From: Candidatus Hydrogenedentota bacterium
Lineage (GTDB): Bacteria; Hydrogenedentota; Hydrogenedentia; Hydrogenedentales; SLHB01
Length of the DNA: 64,000 nt
Assembly: GCA_963745075.1 (NCBI GenBank)
Contig: CAVUWV010000012.1
Location: forward strand, 160,001-224,000
Reading direction: 5' to 3'
Shown here: positions 18,266 through 27,202 of the stretch, piece after piece
Layout of the letters: each line of letters begins with the position of its first letter
Position numbering within the stretch: position 1 is the first letter of the stretch
Notes under the pieces: model-generated
What the model saw: the letters and a program-made list of their open reading frames with translations, nothing else
Databases searched by the model: none
Told to the model about the DNA's origin: nothing
Translations under genes and position numbers: made by a program

Positions 18266-21145
18266 ATGGTGAGCTGCAGGGGTGAATTGTGTGGGCGCAT
18301 CCGCGAGCGTGCCCAGCTTAAACGTATGCTGGCCTCCGTGTTGGGCGGTCATGGGCAGGTAATCCTGTTGTCGGGAGAACCCGGCGTCGGGAAGACCCGC
18401 TTGGCCGTAGCGGCCCTCAACGAGAGCGGATTCAAAGTCTATTTGGGACGGGCCATCGAGCGAGCTACTGCACCGTACGGTCCGATCGCCGGCGCGTTGC
18501 GGGACTGTCTACGCCAAACCGGCGGGACCGTCGACGACTGCGGCCCGCTCGGCAAGTACCTGGGTATTCTGTTGCCCGAATTGGGTCCCATGGCTCCGGA
18601 CGAAGCGGACGCGACTCTGTTGGTGGAAGCTATTACGTCGGCATTGGCGGCGAAGGCAAAATCGGAGCCAACGGCCCTGCTGCTCGATGACCTGCACTGG
18701 GCCGACGAATCCACCGTGGACCTTCTCCCAATCCTCGCGGAGCGACTGCAAAGCGAACGCATAGCCATCATTGGCACGTACCGCGACGAGGACATTGGGC
18801 GCGGCCATCCGATTCGACGGCTGAAAGGCGAATTACTTCGTCTTCGGATGCTGCGTGAACTTCCGGTGGAGCCGCTAACGGTAGATGAGACGGCCGATGT
18901 CCTGGAGACACTACTCGGAGGGACAATCAGCGACGGCTTGCGCGACATGGTGTTTGCCCATACGCAAGGTCTCCCCCTTTTCATTGAGGAAGTCGCTGAG
19001 ACCCTGAAAGCGGGAGAGCATATCCGGCAGGGAGCGCGCGGTCTCGAACCAATATCAGATACGCAAATCCCCATCCCCGAATCGATTCGGGATTTGGTTG
19101 CGATGCGGTTGGACGGATTGACCGAAGAGGCACGGGCGCAACTCAACATGGCCGCCGTTATTGGCGACGAATTTGACATCGATCTGGTCCGCGACCTGGT
19201 TGGCACGGATGCGGGATTAAACGAACTCATGACCGCGCGGTTCATCACCGAATCTCGAGCGGGTATGGCCGTCTTTCGGCATACCCTGACCCGCGACGCG
19301 GTGTTGGACGAATTACCGTGGTCTGAGCGTAGAGATCTGCACCGCAAGGTCGCGGAGCGGTTGGAAGGTCGCGGGGCGTCCCCCGAACGTTTGGCAATTC
19401 ACTGGCTGGCAGCGGGCGACTCGGAACGTGCTCGTCAGTCTTTCCACGCGGCTGCCGACCGGTCGTGCGCTGTGTATGCTTATCGCGACGCGGTCCGAAA
19501 CTTCGAGCGTGCCTTGGAGATTTGGCCGGTGGAGCACGAGGAGGAAGCGCGGTCGGCCGCACTCGAGCGCCACGCGCAGTGCGCACAAACGGCCGGTTTG
19601 CTCGACGAGGCGGTTCGGGCCTGGGAGCGTCTGGCGCAAAGTTCGGCCGTTCGGAACGACCCCCGTCGCCGCGGCGAAACCCTCCGTGCGTTAGCGACCG
19701 TACACGATCTCCGCGGTGCAAATCTGCAATCGATCGAGGCCCGAGATCAGTCCTGGCGCGCGTTTGACGAAGCCGGTATGTGTGGCGAGGCCGCGGTTGA
19801 GCTACTCGCGAAAACCGAACGGTTCATCATTAACGCGCAGCCGAGCGCCGCAAGCGAGGTCGGGTTGGAAGCCTTGCGATTTGCGGAACGATCCGAACGA
19901 CCCGAGCTAGCTGCGCGTGCCAAGGGTACCCTCGCCTACGCCCAGGCCATGCTGGGACAAATTGACAGGGCCCGCGAACTCGCCCACGATGCGTTGAACT
20001 CGGCGCTGCGATTGAACTCCCCGAACCTCATTGCTGAGGCGTACCGCCAGACGGCGGGCGTGGCCGAATACAGTTCTGATTTTGGAAAGGCCTCCGAGGC
20101 CTACACGACGGCCCGTGACTATTGCCGGGAGCAAGGCGAGGGAGTCCATACCAACCTCTGCATGGGATGTATGTCGTATGTCTTCTTTCGCGCTGGAAAA
20201 TGGCGTCAAAGCCTGGACCTTTGCCGTGAGATCCTGCGAATTCCGGACGGACTTCCGTATCCCAGTGGGGTTGCAAAAGGTGTCAAGGGCATGATCCAAG
20301 TCTTTCGCGGTGAATTGAAGCCCGCGAAGAAGCTGGTCGTCGAGTCCAGGCGCGAAGTCCATGAAGTGGGAGGTGTTCTTGGGGAACTCCTCGCGCTGTG
20401 GTCGATTGCCTTGGCGCATGAGCACGGAGGCGACTCCGCCGAAGCCACGGAGGCCTACCATCAGTTCATACGGATGTGGGAACGGATCGAGGACTACCAC
20501 GAAGCAATCCCGGGGCTATGCTCGGCGGCTTCCTTCTTTGCGGAACAAAACGCCGCGGCCGAGGTGGCGCTGTGCGCGAACGCCCTTTCTTCCATCGCGA
20601 CCAAGTCCGGCAACCCCGAAGCGCTTGCAGGCTTGGCCTTCGCGCTAGGGGAACGGGCATTACTGGAGGGGGACGCACGCGCGAGTGCCGACCATTTCCT
20701 GCAGGCCGCCGCGCAGTTCGCGCCACTCGAGGTCCCCGTCGAATGGGCTCGCGCGGAATGGCGCGCCGGTGTGGCCCTGGCTGCAGCGGGAGACTCTGAC
20801 GGTGCGGCAACGCACCTGCGCGACGCTTATCGGCGGCTTCGACGCCTCGGCGCACGGGCCCTCTCGTCTCAGGTCGCGCGTCATCTTACCGAACTGGGTG
20901 AACCGGTCGAGGCACGGCGAAATTATCGAAGGATCGAGACCGTCACCCTCACCAAACGCCAGCAAGACGTGGCCCGGCTCCTCGCCGAAGGTCTGACAAA
21001 CAAGGAGATCGCCCAGAGACTTTTCGTCAGTCCCCGCACGGTGGACATGCACGTCGCCCACATCCTCGACCGCCTGGACTGCCGCAGTCGAACGGAGGCC
21101 GCGCGAAAGATTGCCGACCTCGATCTTGAGCCCGCATCCGGTTGA
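18266..21145 (+). CDS. Large ATP-binding LuxR-family (LAL) transcriptional regulator
   Basis: Walker A GEPGVGKT, Walker B LLLDDLHWAD, GLPLF, TPR-like middle and C-terminal LuxR HTH (GLTNKEIA..LFVSPRTVDMHV). Start uncertain (18155-18326). Confidence 0.88.
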   Translation: MVSCRGELCGRIRERAQLKRMLASVLGGHGQVILLSGEPGVGKTRLAVAALNESGFKVYLGRAIERATAPYGPIAGALRDCLRQTGGTVDDCGPLGKYLGILLPELGPMAPDEADATLLVEAITSALAAKAKSEPTALLLDDLHWADESTVDLLPILAERLQSERIAIIGTYRDEDIGRGHPIRRLKGELLRLRMLRELPVEPLTVDETADVLETLLGGTISDGLRDMVFAHTQGLPLFIEEVAETLKAGEHIRQGARGLEPISDTQIPIPESIRDLVAMRLDGLTEEARAQLNMAAVIGDEFDIDLVRDLVGTDAGLNELMTARFITESRAGMAVFRHTLTRDAVLDELPWSERRDLHRKVAERLEGRGASPERLAIHWLAAGDSERARQSFHAAADRSCAVYAYRDAVRNFERALEIWPVEHEEEARSAALERHAQCAQTAGLLDEAVRAWERLAQSSAVRNDPRRRGETLRALATVHDLRGANLQSIEARDQSWRAFDEAGMCGEAAVELLAKTERFIINAQPSAASEVGLEALRFAERSERPELAARAKGTLAYAQAMLGQIDRARELAHDALNSALRLNSPNLIAEAYRQTAGVAEYSSDFGKASEAYTTARDYCREQGEGVHTNLCMGCMSYVFFRAGKWRQSLDLCREILRIPDGLPYPSGVAKGVKGMIQVFRGELKPAKKLVVESRREVHEVGGVLGELLALWSIALAHEHGGDSAEATEAYHQFIRMWERIEDYHEAIPGLCSAASFFAEQNAAAEVALCANALSSIATKSGNPEALAGLAFALGERALLEGDARASADHFLQAAAQFAPLEVPVEWARAEWRAGVALAAAGDSDGAATHLRDAYRRLRRLGARALSSQVARHLTELGEPVEARRNYRRIETVTLTKRQQDVARLLAEGLTNKEIAQRLFVSPRTVDMHVAHILDRLDCRSRTEAARKIADLDLEPASG

Positions 21146-21432
21146 GGTCACCCGCAACCACTGCCCTCATTCCCGCGAACGCGGGAATCCATCTTTAAAT
21201 TCTCTTGGTAGATTTAACTCATTTTGTGAAAGCATCTTATGCCGGTATCGCCTATCGACAGGCCAACACATTACGGTAGTCCCGTCCCCGCAAATACGGT
21301 AATCCTACGATTGTTGGAACATCGAAAGGCCGGTAAAGTTCAGTCATCAAGCGTCGCGGTAACGTGTCCGCACGGGACCCAGTGGCTATCTGCAAGGTGG
21401 AAACTCGTCTCACGACGGCAAGGAGAAGGATC

Positions 21433-22509
21433 ATGGAAGCAATCGTACTGGATCGCGAAAAAGTGCAAGCATTTGAAGGCAAATTGGTCGACATGATGAA
21501 CCTCGGCGCGTTAGGGCTGATGACGTCGATAGGCCATCGTACGGGGCTGTTTGACATGATGGCCACCTTGCCGCCGTCCACGTCGCATGAAATAGCGGAA
21601 GCAACCCGGCTGAACGAACGGTACGTTCGCGAATGGCTCGGCGCCATGTACACGGGTGGCGTGGTCGAATACGACAAGGATGCCGAGATGTACTGGTTGC
21701 CGCGCGAACACTCGGCTTTCCTCACGCGTGACGCGGCGTCCGACAATCTCGCCGCCTTGTGCCAGTACTTTGGTCAGCTCGGGGCCGTCGAAGATGACGT
21801 GGTGGAATGTTTCAAGGACGGCGGCGGCGTGCCCTATGAGAAATACCAGCGGTTCCACGAAATCATGGCCGAGGACAGCGGCCAAAGCGTGTTGCCTGCG
21901 TTGCTCGATCGCATCATCCCCCTCGTGCCCGGGCTGAAAGAACGGCTGTTCGAGGGCATCGATGTGCTCGACGTGGGCTGCGGTGTCGGTTTGGCGCTGA
22001 TCCTCATGGCCCGGACTTTCCCCAACAGCCGTTTTGCTGGATACGACTTCTCCAAAGAGGCCATCACCAAAGCCCGTGCTGAAGCAGCGCGGCATGGTCT
22101 TACCAACATCCAATTTGAAGTGCAGGATGCCGCGACCATCGACGAAGCGGATGCCTACGACTTCATCACGACGTTCGATGCCATCCACGACCAGGCCAAG
22201 CCCGCCGTCGTGCTGGCGAATATCCACCGCGCCTTGCGCCAAGACGGCGTTTATCTCATGCAGGACATTCGGGCCTGCAGCCACGTCCACGGCAACACGG
22301 ACCACCCCATCGGACCGCTCCTGTACACCATCTCGTGCATGCACTGCATGACCGTTTCGCTGGCTTACGGTGGGGAAGGGTTGGGGACCATGTGGGGCGA
22401 GGAACTCGCCGTGCAAATGCTCCGCGACGCGGGGTTCCCATCCGTCCGCATCGAACAACTTGAGCACGACATCCAGAACCAGTACTACATCAACCGGAAG
22501 AGCGCGTAG
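21433..22509 (+). CDS. Class I SAM-dependent methyltransferase with N-terminal winged helix (Rv2258c-like)
   Basis: ERYVREWL, VLDVGCGVG, FDAIHD and HCMTVSLA motifs; AGGAG RBS. Confidence 0.88.
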   Translation: MEAIVLDREKVQAFEGKLVDMMNLGALGLMTSIGHRTGLFDMMATLPPSTSHEIAEATRLNERYVREWLGAMYTGGVVEYDKDAEMYWLPREHSAFLTRDAASDNLAALCQYFGQLGAVEDDVVECFKDGGGVPYEKYQRFHEIMAEDSGQSVLPALLDRIIPLVPGLKERLFEGIDVLDVGCGVGLALILMARTFPNSRFAGYDFSKEAITKARAEAARHGLTNIQFEVQDAATIDEADAYDFITTFDAIHDQAKPAVVLANIHRALRQDGVYLMQDIRACSHVHGNTDHPIGPLLYTISCMHCMTVSLAYGGEGLGTMWGEELAVQMLRDAGFPSVRIEQLEHDIQNQYYINRKSA

Positions 22510-22579
22510 ACTCTAGCCAATCACCCTCGCGCGTCGCAGGAAGCGGCGCGCGGGGCGCCGTTCATACCGTCCATTATCC

Positions 22580-23956
22580 TCACGCGATCGGCGGAATCCC
22601 CACGAAGCTGTCTTCCCAATTCGTCAATGCGATGGCCAGCGCGTTGGCTTGGCTGGGTAGGGCGGTCATCATGTTGGCCTGCTCCGGCAAGTCAGAATCC
22701 AGGTCGAAAAGCGACGTCGAATCAGTCGTTATCAGGAGCTTCCAGGCGCCCTGACGCACCGCCTTCTGGGGATTTTTGCCTTGCGTCCGCCAAAATAGCG
22801 TCCGGTCGTTAAGCGGCTTGTTCGCCGTGAGTAGGGGCACGAGGCTGACCCCGTCCGAAGGAATTCGGCTCCACGCCTTCCGGGCGCCCAACTCCGCAAG
22901 CGTGGGGAAAATATCCATCGTGATCGCGGTCTGATTGGTTACCCCGGGCCCTATGGTGCCCGGCCAGGACGCGATCGCGGGGACCCGTTGGCCTCCCTCC
23001 AGCAACGTGCCCTTCTGACCCGACAGCGGCGCGTTGGAACCGGGACTCACCGCTCCGTTGTCCGAGCAGAAAAAGATCAACGTGTCGTTCAGGTGCCCGC
23101 CGCGGTCGAGTGCCGCCACGATCTGGCCCACGCTGTCGTCCAATGCTTCCACCATCTCGCGATAGACAGCCGCGGCGTCCTTCGGCACGTGCCGGTCGGT
23201 GTCGGTCGTCCCCTCCACGCGAATCGGCGGGTCGTTCGGGCCCTGATAGGGATAGTGGGGCGCTTCGTGGGCAACGTACAGGCAGAACGGCGCATCGCCC
23301 TGCCCCTCGATGAAATTCACCGCGTGTTTCGTGATCAGGGTGGTCGTGTAACCCTTTTCCCGTAGCGGCTTGTCATTTTCCCACCAATCGTAAACGCCCG
23401 AATTGTCGATGTGAGATTCGTAATCGACGTTGCCGCTGAGATACCCGTAAAACGTCGCGAACCCCTGGTGTGTCGGCCGGTACTGCTCCCCGTATCCCAG
23501 GTGCCATTTGCCCACCATGCCGGTCGCGTACCCGCTTTCCTGCAACATCTCCGCAAACGTGACCGCTTTCGGCGAGAGCCCCGGTTTGTCCCGGTGGTCC
23601 TTCGGGGTCAGGACCCCTTCGATGCCCCACCGCTGCGGATAGAACCCCGTCAGCAGCGACGCCCGTGTCGGGCTGCATACGGCGCCATTGGAATGAAAAT
23701 CCGTGAACCGCAGGCCACCCGCCGCCAACGCGTCGATATGCGGCGTGGCAATCTCCGTATTGCCATAACACCCGAGGTCCCCATAGCCCAGATCGTCGGC
23801 CAGAATGATGACCACGTTCGGCGCCTGCGGCCGCACGACCGGAGCCGCCACAGCCGGTGCCTGCTGCCGCCCGGCCGGAGCCGCCACACCCGATGCCGCA
23901 CACCATGCTCCCGCGCCGCTCAGCCCAGCGACGCGCAAAAACTCGCGCCGGTCCAT
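22580..23956 (-). CDS. Formylglycine-dependent sulfatase, Tat signal
   Basis: RREFL, ADDLG, CSPTRASLLTG, GKWHLG and SDNG motifs. Confidence 0.92.
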   Translation of the reverse strand: MDRREFLRVAGLSGAGAWCAASGVAAPAGRQQAPAVAAPVVRPQAPNVVIILADDLGYGDLGCYGNTEIATPHIDALAAGGLRFTDFHSNGAVCSPTRASLLTGFYPQRWGIEGVLTPKDHRDKPGLSPKAVTFAEMLQESGYATGMVGKWHLGYGEQYRPTHQGFATFYGYLSGNVDYESHIDNSGVYDWWENDKPLREKGYTTTLITKHAVNFIEGQGDAPFCLYVAHEAPHYPYQGPNDPPIRVEGTTDTDRHVPKDAAAVYREMVEALDDSVGQIVAALDRGGHLNDTLIFFCSDNGAVSPGSNAPLSGQKGTLLEGGQRVPAIASWPGTIGPGVTNQTAITMDIFPTLAELGARKAWSRIPSDGVSLVPLLTANKPLNDRTLFWRTQGKNPQKAVRQGAWKLLITTDSTSLFDLDSDLPEQANMMTALPSQANALAIALTNWEDSFVGIPPIA

Positions 23957-24105
23957 ACTCGCACCCCCTCTATGTGCAAACCATCATAGCAGATTGCGGT
24001 CAGGCGTTTACCTGGAACGATGCGCGGCGCTCTGTGGTCGGCACATTTCCAATGGCATAAGCGGTGCTTGCCACAACTATGAATTCACTCGTGTCTGATC
24101 CCCTA

Positions 24106-24259
24106 TGGAGTGCGGCCGCTTGCGGCTGCTTTTCGTTGACGTATCGCGAAAAAATTAGTTCACCAACTTGCGTAACTTGAGTGGTTAGGCCGTACTGCGT
24201 CAAAACACGCCGCAGGCAAGCCTGCTCTGCGAAAAGCAGCCGCGAGCGGCCGCACTCCA
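24106..24259. repeat. REPIN-like element: inverted pair of 28 bp palindromic units (copy 1)
   Basis: TGGAGTGCGGCCGCTTGCGGCTGCTTTT at 24106-24133 and its reverse complement (1 mismatch) at 24232-24259. The same unit recurs at 36004 and 36201. Confidence 0.85.
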
Positions 24260-24273
24260 CAGGGCAACCTCAC

Positions 24274-24933
24274 CTACGGGTAAAGTTCTGGAGTCGGCGG
24301 CGGAGGCGGCTCGCCCACATGGAGAAATGCACGACCGGAATCGCGCTTCGCCAAACGCTCGGCGAGCGCGTCACGGTACGAATGCGGAAGCCGCCCGGGG
24401 AAGGCAGCGTCGAAGTCGAAGAAGAATGCCTCGCGGTCGCCGGGGGCGACATAAAGCCTCAATGTGCTAACGCCAGGCACGACGTTTGCGTGCAGGCGTA
24501 TGGTTAGAATCGGTCCTGTCGCAGCGATGCTTCGAACCCCGTCGGGACGAATGACGTAGGGCATGGGTACAGGCTGGTTGTAGCCGCGCGATCGGTGATA
24601 AAGCACGAAAAGAAGAAGCCAAACCATTAAGACGGCCAGGAACAACATTACGGCGGCCAGTTTTCCGATGTCGGTGAGTTTCATTGCAATGAGCATGACG
24701 GTCACAAACGCAGCACTTCCGAACTGCACCCTACGGGAAATGCTGACGTGAAGGTCTCCTGAGAGAGCCATGTCTCCCTCGGATAAAAAGCGAACCCACC
24801 CCGCCCCCTCAAGCGATCGATCGGAATCAGCCGTCAAGGCCCAAATCTGCGGTTTAACACGGCGCCCTTCGATACGGTGCCGGACGCGTCCGGTTCGCCA
24901 GGATTCCACGTTCCACGGACATTCATCGTTCAT
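24274..24933 (-). CDS. Hypothetical membrane protein, paralog of 24930-25769
   Basis: ATGA start/stop overlap with the upstream gene; TM hairpin; shared C-terminal motif. Confidence 0.7.
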   Translation of the reverse strand: MNDECPWNVESWRTGRVRHRIEGRRVKPQIWALTADSDRSLEGAGWVRFLSEGDMALSGDLHVSISRRVQFGSAAFVTVMLIAMKLTDIGKLAAVMLFLAVLMVWLLLFVLYHRSRGYNQPVPMPYVIRPDGVRSIAATGPILTIRLHANVVPGVSTLRLYVAPGDREAFFFDFDAAFPGRLPHSYRDALAERLAKRDSGRAFLHVGEPPPPPTPELYP

Positions 24934-25769
24934 GAGACACACCCTTCTCGATCTTGTAGCGCGTCCCGATATGTGCGGGGCAACATTTTCGGAAAAGTGT
25001 GATCGAATGCGCCGAAGAACTCATGCCGATAGTTCGGTGGGACGAAGATATACACGGTGGACAAGCCCCGCAACACGCTGCCACGCAGTTTCAGACGCAC
25101 GAAGGGTCCAAAACACCGCAGCTTGCGGATGTCCTGCGCCCGAATCCGAACTACGGCATCGGTCCGGAGTTTGTCACAGTAGAATCGATAGTAGAGGAAT
25201 ATCGATAAGTTGGCGACACCAAACACTACGGCCAAGGCAAGGGCTCTTATTGCGACATCGTCCGAGAATCGAGCCCCCAGATACCATCCAACGGGGATCA
25301 ACGGGAGCGATGCCATGTTGTATAGCGGATGAACGATATGGATCACGCCCTTTATCGACAACGTATCGTTGTCGAAGAAAGCCGTCGCTCTTCCTTGAAG
25401 ACCTACCGAAAGTCCCACCGGTACGAGGACGATCTTGATGTCCCGAGTCGAGTCGCTACCTGCACTGGTTTCCCGAAGGATATGTGCACGGCGCAATTCG
25501 GAGATCTTGGACATCCGTTTCAGTGCGCGCCATGCCGCATAGCAGATCGCAATCCCGATCGCTAACATAAGGTATGGGCTTATAGGAGCACGAGGATAAA
25601 CATCGGCGGCGATAATTTCCTGTAGACTCGGAAGCAAGAATGCAAGCGATAGGCAGCCAAGTACGCAGGCCAGCAACAACCACAAAAACGCCACGAGACA
25701 GTTCCCCGTGTACGCCGATCCTATTGCTTCTTCATCCCATGGCGGGATGTTCTCGGCCGACGCTCTCAT
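24930..25769 (-). CDS. Hypothetical multi-TM membrane protein
   Basis: About four hydrophobic segments, own promoter, C-terminus homologous to the downstream gene. Confidence 0.7.
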   Translation of the reverse strand: MRASAENIPPWDEEAIGSAYTGNCLVAFLWLLLACVLGCLSLAFLLPSLQEIIAADVYPRAPISPYLMLAIGIAICYAAWRALKRMSKISELRRAHILRETSAGSDSTRDIKIVLVPVGLSVGLQGRATAFFDNDTLSIKGVIHIVHPLYNMASLPLIPVGWYLGARFSDDVAIRALALAVVFGVANLSIFLYYRFYCDKLRTDAVVRIRAQDIRKLRCFGPFVRLKLRGSVLRGLSTVYIFVPPNYRHEFFGAFDHTFPKMLPRTYRDALQDREGCVS

Positions 25770-25789
25770 CGACTCACCCCTAATCTAAT

Positions 25790-25818
25790 ATAGTATCGTA
25801 GCGCAAAAATATATGCAA
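25790..25818 (-). promoter_or_regulatory. sigma70-type promoter for the paralog pair
   Basis: Minus strand TTGCAT-17 bp-TACTAT. Confidence 0.5.
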
Positions 25819-25918
25819 GTCTAGTTCCATTCACAACTGCTCCTAAAGACCAAACCGAGGCACTACCGCTAGGGACTGCTCTTTCCAAAATGGCACGACG
25901 GCACCATTGCTTGATTTC

Positions 25919-27079
25919 TCAGTCAAACAGCGCCTCGAATTGCCGCGTGTACCGCTCGGCGACGGCGGGGGAGTGGATGATGAGGACGTTCTCGTCGTTG
26001 CTTTCTTCGGCGTTGTTGCTGAAATTGTAACTACCCGTCACGACGGTATCTGTGTCGATGATGATGACCTTGTTGTGCATCGTGTAGGGGTTCTCGTCCA
26101 TGTGGATGATCGCCCCTTGGCGGGACAGAAAATCGTCGTCCGCGTAACGCGATCCGGCGTTTCGCGTCTCGAAGATACCGCGCACCGCAACGCCGTCGTG
26201 GATGCGCTTGGCCATGGCCTCCGCGATATCGTCAGACGTAAACGAGAACGCCATGAAGTCGATGGTCCGGTGCGCGTCCTCGATTTCGTCGATTAGTTCC
26301 CTGCGCACATTGTCTTCGGGCGCAAAGTACGTCTCAAAGGTAACGCGGTCCACCACGACCACGGGATAGGCCGTGCCGCGCGGCGATCTCGGTCCGAAAC
26401 GGTGGTCGGCGAACATCTCGCCGAATTCGGCGGTAAAATTGGACGCCAACTCGGGCGACGCCACCACGATCGCGTTGTTGTCGTTGCGAAACATACCGTT
26501 TTCGGTAATGTTCGTGGACCCGGTCCACACGCGTTGGCCGTCGACGACGCAGAACTTGTCATGCATAAAGGCGCTACGGCTGTCGAATACGACGGGGATA
26601 CCCGCGTCGATACACGCTCGAGTCGCGTCACGCCCTTCATAATCCGAATCCGATACGACCTTCACCGCCAACCCGGCCCGGTGCTTCTCGATGAGCACCT
26701 GCGCGGCGTCCATCCATTCCAGTTCGTAAAACGCACAGAAGATACTCTTCTTCCCGCTGCTGACGAACGCGAGGAACCGATCGTCAATTCCATTGGTGTC
26801 GACATGTGACGCGGGAGCGAAGTATATGGAGATGTGTTCCGAGACGCGCCCGTCATTGGGCACATTTTGCGTCTCTCGCGCGCGTTCCAGCAGGTGACCA
26901 GTCCGCGCCATCACGGCGTCGCGGACCGACCCCGCCGTTTCGCTGAATTCCTTGCTGAGCTGCCGCAGGTCGACACCCGACCGTGCCACCACGATCCCCG
27001 CCAGGACCAGCGCCACGACAAACGCAAACGCGACCATCCGCTTCCGTGGCCGGCCTCTCTTTTTGCGTCGCTTGCTCAC
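25919..27079 (-). CDS. Phospholipase D superfamily protein (two HKD motifs), membrane anchored
   Basis: HDKFCVVD...TGSTN and HNKVIIID...TGSYN; basic N-terminus followed by a TM helix. Confidence 0.88.
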   Translation of the reverse strand: MSKRRKKRGRPRKRMVAFAFVVALVLAGIVVARSGVDLRQLSKEFSETAGSVRDAVMARTGHLLERARETQNVPNDGRVSEHISIYFAPASHVDTNGIDDRFLAFVSSGKKSIFCAFYELEWMDAAQVLIEKHRAGLAVKVVSDSDYEGRDATRACIDAGIPVVFDSRSAFMHDKFCVVDGQRVWTGSTNITENGMFRNDNNAIVVASPELASNFTAEFGEMFADHRFGPRSPRGTAYPVVVVDRVTFETYFAPEDNVRRELIDEIEDAHRTIDFMAFSFTSDDIAEAMAKRIHDGVAVRGIFETRNAGSRYADDDFLSRQGAIIHMDENPYTMHNKVIIIDTDTVVTGSYNFSNNAEESNDENVLIIHSPAVAERYTRQFEALFD

Positions 27080-27135
27080 CGGGTTACTTCAGGCTGGAGG
27101 TTTGAAGACAGCCGGACACCGTCTATCTGGAAACC

Positions 27136-27168
27136 GTCTTTGTTGTCCTTGATGTCCCTGCTGTCCCT
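27136..27168. repeat. Degenerate 9 bp tandem repeat (about 4 units)
   Basis: GTCTTTGTT GTCCTTGAT GTCCCTGCT GTCCCT. Confidence 0.55.
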
Positions 27169-27202
27169 CGGCAAACGTGCTGAACCTCCCGTAATCTCGC
27201 GG

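Noticed and set aside
24000..24260. Short ORFs starting MECGR (also near 36003)
   Set aside because: They are translations of the REP unit, not genes.
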